Shown one piece after another: positions 61,104 through 64,000 of a DNA stretch of 64,000 bases (its first letter is position 1; every line of letters starts with the position of its first letter). The DNA is taken from contig NC_134027.1 of the NCBI RefSeq assembly GCF_964204645.1, positions 10,014,485 through 10,078,484 of the forward strand, in the 5' to 3' direction. The position numbers and the translations under genes are program-made. This DNA is from Tubulanus polymorphus. Lineage: Eukaryota > Animalia > Nemertea. The notes below the pieces were generated by a model. The model made no database searches, had not been told where the DNA came from, and worked only from the letters and a program-made list of their open reading frames with translations.

Positions 61104-64000
61104 GAAGTTTTTTTTCTATCTATATCAGTTTTAATGCAGACCTGTCGCCATTATATAATACTCTTTACTATAAAGAGACCATAGAAATTAATGTTTTCCT
61201 TCATTTCATCAGTTTTAATGCAGACCTGTCACCACAGGTCTCGAAAAGCTCTGCAAAATGGCGCGAGCTGCCGTGTGAGGTCTCGCTTCATAATTATTGT
61301 TTTATAGTAACTTAAGATTAATTCTATCCATGGTTAGCAATTTATATTATACTCTTTACTATAAAGAGACCATAAAAATTAATGTTTTCCTTCATTTCAT
61401 CAGTTTTAATGCAGACCTGTCACCACAGGTCTCGAGAAGCTCTGCAAAATGGCGCGAGCTGCCGTGTGAGGTCTCGCTTCATAATTATTGTTTTATAGTA
61501 ACTTAAGATTAATTCTATCCATGGTTAGCAATTTATATTATACTCTTTACTATAAAGAGACCATAAAAATTAATGTTTTCCTTCATTTCATCAGTTTTAA
61601 TGCAGACCTGTCACCACAGGTCTCGAGAAGCTCTGCAAAATGGCGCGTGCTGCCGTGTGAGGTCTCGCTTCAAAATTATTGTTTTATAGTAACTTAAGAT
61701 TAACTCTATCTGTGGTTAGCAATTTATATTATACTTATTACTATATAAAGGTTATAAAAAGTAAAGTTTTTTCCATTTCATCAGTTTTAATGCAGACCTG
61801 TCACCACAGGTCTCGAGAAGCTCTGCAAAATGGCGCGAGCTGCCGTGTGAGGTCTCGCTTCATAATTATTGTTTTATAGTAACTTAAGATTAATTCTATC
61901 CATGGTTAGCAATTTATATTATACTCTTTACTATAAAGAGACCATAAAAATTAATGTTTTCCTTCATTTCATCAGTTTTAATGCAGACCTGTCACCACAG
62001 GTCTCGAGAAGCTCTGCAAAATGGCGCGTGCTGCCGTGTGAGGTCTCGCTTCAAAATTATTGTTTTATGGTAACTTAAGATTAACTCTATCTATGGTTAG
62101 CAATTTATATTATACTTATTACTATATAAAGGTTATAAAAAGTAAAGTTTTTTCCATTTCATCAGTTTTAGTGCAGACCTGTCACCACAGGTCCCGAGAA
62201 GCTCTGCAAAATGGCGCGAGCTGCCGGGTGAGGTCTCGCTTCAAAATTATTGTTTTATAGTAACTTAAGATTAATTCTATCCATGGTTAGCAATTTATAT
62301 TATACTCTTTACTATAAAGAGACCATAAAAATTAATGTTTTCCTTCATTTCATCAGTTTTAATGCAGACCTGTGACCACAGGTCTCGAGAAGCTCTGCAA
62401 AATGGCGCGAGCTGCCGTGTGAGGTCTCGCTTCAAAATTATTGTTTTATGGTAACTTAAGATTAATTCTATCCATGGTTAGCAATTTATATTATACTCTT
62501 TACTATAAAGAGACCATAAAAATTAATGTTTTCCTTCATTTCATCAGTTTTAATGCAGACCTGTCACCACAGGTCTCGAGAAGCTCTGCAAAATGGCGCG
62601 TGCTGCCGTGTGAGGTCTCGCTTCAAAATTATTGTTTTATAGTAACTTAAGATTAATTCTATCCATGGTTAGCAATTTATATTATACTCTTTACTATAAA
62701 GAGACCATAAAAATTAATGTTTTCCTTCATTTCATCAGTTTTAATGCAGACCTGTCACCACAGGTCTCGAGAAGCTCTGCAAAATGGCGCGTGCTGCCGT
62801 GTGAGGTCTCGCTTCAAAATTATTGTTTTATGGTAACTTAAGATTAACTCTATCTGTGGTTAGCAATTTATATTATACTTATTACTATATAAAGGTTATA
62901 AAAAGTAAAGTTTTTTCCATTTCATCAGTTTTAATGCAGACCTGTCACCACAGGTCTCGAGAAGCTCTGCAAAATGGCGCGAGCTGCCGTGTGAGGTCTC
63001 GCTTCATAATTATTGTTTTATAGTAACTTAAGATTAATTCTATCCATGGTTAGCAATTTATATTATACTCTTTACTATAAAGAGACCATAGAAATTAATG
63101 TTTTCCTTCATTTCATCAGTTTTAATGCAGACCTGTGACCACAGGTCTCGAGAAGCTCTGCAAAATGGCGCGTGCTGCCGTGTGAGGTCTCGCTTCAAAA
63201 TTATTGTTTTATAGTAACTTAAGATTAATTCTATCCATGGTTAGCAATTTATATTATACTCTTTACTATAAAGAGACCATAAAAATTAATGTTTTCCTTC
63301 ATTTCATCAGTTTTAATGCAGACCTGTCACCACAGGTCTCGAGAAGCTCTGCAAAATGGCGCGTGCTGCCGTGTGAGGTCTCGCTTCAAAATTATTGTTT
63401 TATGGTAACTTAAGATTAACTCTATCTGTGGTTAGCAATTTATATTATACTTATTACTATATAAAGGTTATAAAAAGTAAAGTTTTTTCCATTTCATCAG
63501 TTTTAATGCAGACCTGTCACCACAGGTCTCGAGAAGCTCTGCAAAATGGCGCGAGCTGCCGTGTGAGGTCTCGCTTCATAATTATTGTTTTATAGTAACT
63601 TAAGATTAATTCTATCCATGGTTAGCAATTTATATTATACTCTTTACTATAAAGAGACCATAAAAATTAATGTTTTCCTTCATTTCATCAGTTTTAATGC
63701 AGACCTGTCACCACAGGTCTCGAGAAGCTCTGCAAAATGGCGCGTGCTGCCGTGTGAGGTCTCGCTTCAAAATTATTGTTTTATGGTAACTTAAGATTAA
63801 CTCTATCTATGGTTAGCAATTTATATTATACTTATTACTATATAAAGGTTATAAAAAGTAAAGTTTTTTCCATTTCATCAGTTTTAGTGCAGACCTGTCA
63901 CCACAGGTCCCGAGAAGCTCTGCAAAATGGCGCGAGCTGCCGGGTGAGGTCTCGCTTCAAAATTATTGTTTTATAGTAACTTAAGATTAATTCTATCCAT
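61104..64000. repeat. 190/191-bp satellite array, about 15 units, two monomer types, running off the window end
   Basis: Near-identical units recurring every 190-191 bp, mirrored by the repeated spurious ORFs at 61297, 61488, 61679 and so on. Confidence 0.97.

Noticed and set aside
61297-63976. Repeated 66-69 aa ORFs; CRISPR-like appearance
   Set aside because: These are artefacts of the 190/191-bp satellite. They use TTG starts, have no unique spacers and no cas genes, and the context is eukaryotic.

Overview
AT-rich, intron-dense invertebrate animal DNA; the short ORFs in the supplied track are mostly exon fragments or noise. Three genes are present. (1) A 4-exon MANF/ARMET gene on the minus strand (8110-10248, C-terminal KEEL). 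(2) Head-to-head with it, a complete HUWE1 HECT E3 ligase gene on the plus strand (11962-53503, about 70 coding exons). (3) The first two coding exons of an SLC2A13-like sugar porter (58290-59124), whose next intron runs into a 190/191-bp satellite with higher-order structure. The main result is that HUWE1 introns appear to host box C/D snoRNAs, one per intron: four SNORD62-like copies (18S guide) and two SNORD55-like copies (28S guide), with copy-specific terminal stems. HUWE1 introns also carry a 186/187-bp tandem unit with a structurally conserved hairpin of unknown identity. Many MITE families are present (piggyBac-, Harbinger-, pogo- and CAGGG-type). All rRNA and snoRNA comparisons are from recalled sequences, not database searches, and exon boundaries were read by hand.
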